Assembly (NCBI GenBank): GCA_039810425.1
Contig: JBDHWW010000064.1
Coordinates: forward strand, 1-15,152
Direction of reading: 5' to 3'
Source: Pseudobdellovibrionaceae bacterium
Lineage (GTDB): Bacteria > Bdellovibrionota > Bdellovibrionia > Bdellovibrionales > Bdellovibrionaceae
Length of the DNA stretch: 15,152 bases
The notes beneath the pieces were generated by a model that was not told the origin of the DNA, made no database searches, and saw only the letters and a list, made by a program, of their open reading frames with translations. This document shows, piece by piece, positions 15,007 through 15,152 of the stretch. Position numbers and translations under genes: made by a program. Positions within the stretch are counted from its first letter, which is position 1; each line of letters begins with the position of its first letter.

Positions 15007-15152
15007 GAGAAATTTTGGAAAGTTGTGGACGGCTGACAAAAGAAACATAGCGGCATAACCTTGTTGGTGCATAAGCCAACCCGTCAAAATGACGAGAATA
15101 AAGGAGAGCCGCTATGAGCACAGTTTTACCAATGAGATCTGAACCACGCAAA
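15007..15152 (+). mobile_element. Left end of a probable insertion sequence (IS256-like terminus), truncated by the window
   Basis: Abrupt junction in the most conserved MCP motif. The terminus GAGAAATTTTGGAAAGTTGTGGAC resembles IS256-family ends, and an RBS plus ATG follow about 100 nt inside. Confidence 0.65.
15114..15152 (+). CDS. Start of an ORF (MSTVLPMRSEPRK...), presumed transposase, truncated by the window
   Basis: AAGGAG at 15101-15106, ATG15114, and a frame open to the window end. The product is inferred from position only. Confidence 0.5.
   Translation, partial: MSTVLPMRSEPRK

Noticed and set aside
15007..15087. N-terminal extension of ORF 14470-15087 (MTGWLMHQQ...)
   Set aside because: Fortuitous read-through into the inserted element; it is not MCP sequence.
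1..15152. CRISPR array, rRNA or long tandem repeats
   Set aside because: No regularly spaced repeats or rRNA-like sequence seen; the window is almost fully protein-coding.

Overview
The window looks like the left end of an integrated accessory island in a probable Bdellovibrionota-type bacterium. That taxon is inferred only from the style of the chemoreceptor C-terminus. From left to right: (1) 100-1519 is a putative island edge, with a minus-strand terminator abutting a tRNA-like 3' end (GGCTACCA), a start-less HTH + serine-recombinase DNA-binding-domain ORF, a small membrane ORF, a ~210-nt structured leader and an acidic Zn-ribbon protein. (2) A urea transporter and a GNAT acetyltransferase follow. 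(3) A divergent nitrosative-stress/microaerobic module carries ccoI-like Cu-ATPase, nnrS and nsrR on the minus strand, and ccoN, ccoO, a monoheme cytochrome c and a group III truncated hemoglobin on the plus strand. An NsrR-type palindrome lies in the shared promoter, and no ccoP/Q is present. (4) A Cys-rich SufR-like regulator sits divergent from a membrane protein, folE and a secreted His/Met-rich helical protein. (5) A soluble Aer-type PAS receptor and an MCP gene close the window, the MCP being cut at 15006/15007 by a probable insertion sequence. The two best candidates for something new are a recombination-dependent gene fusion at the island edge and an NsrR-controlled, CcoP-less cbb3/globin NO-defence module. 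All calls come from motif recognition by eye; no searches were run.
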